Shown piece by piece: positions 61,588 to 64,000 of a DNA stretch of 64,000 bases (its first letter is position 1; each line of letters begins with the position of its first letter). Made by a program: the position numbers and the translations under genes. The notes beneath the pieces are model-generated. The model did not search any database, was not told the origin of the DNA, and worked only from the letters and a program-made list of their open reading frames with translations. The DNA comes from Octopus sinensis. Its lineage: Eukaryota. Location of the stretch: positions 558,001-622,000 of the forward strand of contig NW_021832226.1 in assembly GCF_006345805.1 (NCBI RefSeq). The letters are read 5' to 3'.

Positions 61588-61689
61588 TTATTCATTAAAT
61601 TAGAAATCACTGAAACTTTTCTATTTGTTTTTTTTCTTTCTATTGTCAATAGCAACTTTTTTTAATTAACGTTTTCTAGGAGAAACTTT

Positions 61690-62967
61690 TCTTTATATTA
61701 ATACAATAATTTTTTAGAGAACAGAGTTTTGCTACTACGTCACATAATAAAGTGTCCATATCACAATTCCGTAGTCTTTGAGAACGATTTATATCGTTGT
61801 AAGTAAAAAAGAGAATCTTGGTTTTCAAATTTAATTTCTGGACACAACTAAATTAAGCCGGAAAATTATAAGAAAGTCTTCGGAACAACGCATACTCACA
61901 TATAAAGTCTTTTTGGGTATAGTTTGGAAAACTTTCCTAGTTATAGCCGTCATTTTATTTTTTATATCTATAAAAGAATATGTATTTTTTAATGTAAAGC
62001 GTTGGTCAGGTTTTTTTGGAGATTCAAAGTAAAGCTTATGACCAATGGTAAGCATTTTAAAGCCATTTGTCAATTGTTGATATTTATTTCTCGGATGAAT
62101 AAAAATTCCTTGTTAAAAACAAGAATTTAATTTTCGATTATCAAGAAAGTTTGGAGGCAAAGAAATCTAACTTATCTTCAGATTTTTTTAATAGTCAGAA
62201 TTTTTCTAATAAACAGTCGTTAATTCTTTGATTGAGAGGACGAGCGAATAGACAGGCAGTTTCCGCGAAATGCGCTGAAAAAGCCAGCTAGACTCACGTC
62301 TATCGTGACTCTTCCTCAAGATCATCAAACCAATCTCCGAAAGGGACTCCAGGGCTTTTGGGCCGATTATCCCACTCGTCTCGAAAACTAGGGGGACGAA
62401 AAGGCAGGTGTTCTCCAATGAGGCGTACTTTGCGAGTTTTTTCGTTTCGGCATGTGCGGAGGCTGAGCCAGGGCGGGAGGCAGAGTCGATGAGAGATGAC
62501 GAGGAAAACGAGTCGACACAGGTGACGTCCCATCGAGAGTGAGTCCCCCCTTGAACGGGAATAGCGTAGACCCAGCGGGACGTTTTCCGTCACCACGGTC
62601 TAACCCAACCGGCTCCAGGACCGAAGGGAATCCATCTCCAGATTGAATAAAAAAGTATCAGAGCTGAGAAATTGATCGAAAGAAAGCATAATTTTATGAT
62701 ATGCAGATCAGTTATTTTTAAACTTGTACTAGAACCTCCCTAGATTGTCTAAAAGACGACCCTAAACTAGCACGCGTGAATTTGGGCTTTGGTTTTCGTT
62801 ACAATATACTCAACATGAGTTAAAAAAAGATTGGTCAAACATAACATTAAAGATCTTTGGGAATTTGACAACGGATAAATGTTCGAAGACGTCATGATGT
62901 TAAAACTACCAATTCGGTAAGACAATCAGTCTTATCAAATAGCTCCAAAATGGATTCGCACACAAAA
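61690..62967 (+). other. Probable unidentified spliced gene with a predicted transmembrane segment, interrupted by a CRE fragment
   Basis: Plus-strand exon-like frames (RVLLLRHIIKCPYHN..; VFLGIVWKTFLVIAVILFFISI) flanked by gtaag donors and ttag acceptors; model incomplete. Confidence 0.3.
62200..62640 (-). mobile_element. CRE-like REL domain fragment
   Basis: LEPVGLDRGDGKRPAGST..WDVTCVDSF..AETKKLAKY..FVPLVFETSGIIG..WLFQRIS. Confidence 0.85.
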
Positions 62968-63023
62968 TTATAATTAATTTAATTAATTAAAATAATTTAA
63001 TAATATTTTTATATGATTTCGCA

Positions 63024-63374
63024 ATGATATCTGGTACTCATTCTGGTCAATAATATAGACACAGCCAACGACAAAAATCATTCATCCAATTTGCGCTTCA
63101 GAGTAGGAACGGTAAGCAAGATAATAAAAGCCGACCCTGAAGTTTCCATGTTGTCCTCAGATGCAGTAGCTGTCGTGGCCAAATCTGCAGTATTATGCCT
63201 TAATACCTTAAGGAACTATTTGTTTCTGATCTTGTAAGAGAAACCGCATTTTATATGGGCATGGAAAAGAAGAAAGTAATGCGAATAAAGGATTTGTGTA
63301 TTTTGTATTTCTCAATGTATTCAGGTCATCTTATTTCAACAGACTCTCGTTTTGAGTTTCTTGAAGGCTTGTGA
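63024..63374 (+). CDS. POLE4: Histone-fold protein, DNA polymerase epsilon subunit 4-like; introns 25, 23, 28 nt
   Basis: VSKIIKADPEVSMLSSDAVAVVAKSA|ELFVSDLVRE..KKKVMRIKDL..FEFLEG; CHRAC1 not excluded. Confidence 0.8.
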
Positions 63375-63790
63375 ATTTTTTGGAATTATTGCCTTAGGGA
63401 TCGTCGGGGAAGACGAATCCTCGTAATAACTCATTGAGTCGAATTATTCCTCTCTAAGCTTCCGTTCTGTGTCACTTGGTTGCTTAATTACTTATTTATC
63501 ACTTTCATTTGGGCAACTGGTTGTCACATTTAATCCAGTCTGCCATTAGCGTAGCACAATTTCTGAAATATCACGAATTGGTGATAAGGGCTAATTTTTC
63601 TCAAAGTACATGTCTTAGCACTGTTACATCGAACACATTACTTTTTCTGGTGGTCAAAGTCGTGAGATTAAAGACATTGGCGTTTGTCCGACTCTTATAT
63701 AATTACAACGCGTAGCGATAATATTTGATGACTGATAAATCTGTGAGTATATCTGTTTAAGCACCTAATCATTATCAACACGTTCAAAAT

Positions 63791-64000
63791 AGGCCTCGTT
63801 TGATTTGACTAAATTTAACAACTCGGAGCTGCCCCACCAGTCCCAATTTGAATACGAACCACTGACTATCAACAACACTCAGTCCTATTTTGGACAACAC
63901 GAAGTTTTGGGGAATTCTGCTTTCTACATGGACTACAACAGACAATATCACCAAATTTTTAATTTCACTGATACTAAAACATATCAAAACGAGCCAGTAA
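63791..64000 (+). CDS. Partial exon of an unidentified gene running off the window
   Basis: Open frame ASFDLTKFNNSELPHQSQFEYEPL.. after an AG acceptor; the opposite-strand ORF looks like a V/L-rich shadow. Confidence 0.3.

Noticed and set aside
1-64000. tRNA, rRNA, snRNA or spliced-leader RNA genes
   Set aside because: None recognised by eye; an Infernal or tRNAscan run would be needed to exclude them.

Overview
AT-rich eukaryotic (metazoan) genomic DNA, not prokaryotic. Small islands of host genes are broken by ultra-short GT-AG introns (23-31 nt in the genes I could splice by hand), so the ORF track shows them only as fragments. Spliced genes recognised: ARL6/BBS3-like, RPL37A, NSRP1, SSNA1, POLG2, rootletin (CROCC), ENY2, SAP18, SKI, Headcase, SNX1/2, a possible CENP-M-like pseudo-GTPase and POLE4. 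Micro-introns plus animal-specific (SKI, Headcase) and ciliary (ARL6, SSNA1, rootletin) genes suggest a dicyemid-like mesozoan; this is inference. Most of the rest is decayed transposons: CRE-like and R4-like REL retroelements, APE LINEs (RTE, L2/Jockey-like), Tc1, Tigger/pogo, and a TGT...ACA family with 5-bp target duplications. That family has two integrase-bearing (Ginger-like) members and two non-autonomous members carrying telomere-like TAACCC repeats. The most striking observation is a ~3.3 kb intronless, co-oriented, pseudogenised block of bacterial-type genes at ~7.5-10.8 kb (GadC-type amino-acid permease, RarA/MgsA, an unassigned ORF, IspA/CrtE prenyl synthase). It is interrupted by host retroelements, which suggests old bacterium-to-animal DNA transfer. 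All homology calls are from motif recognition by eye; no searches were run.
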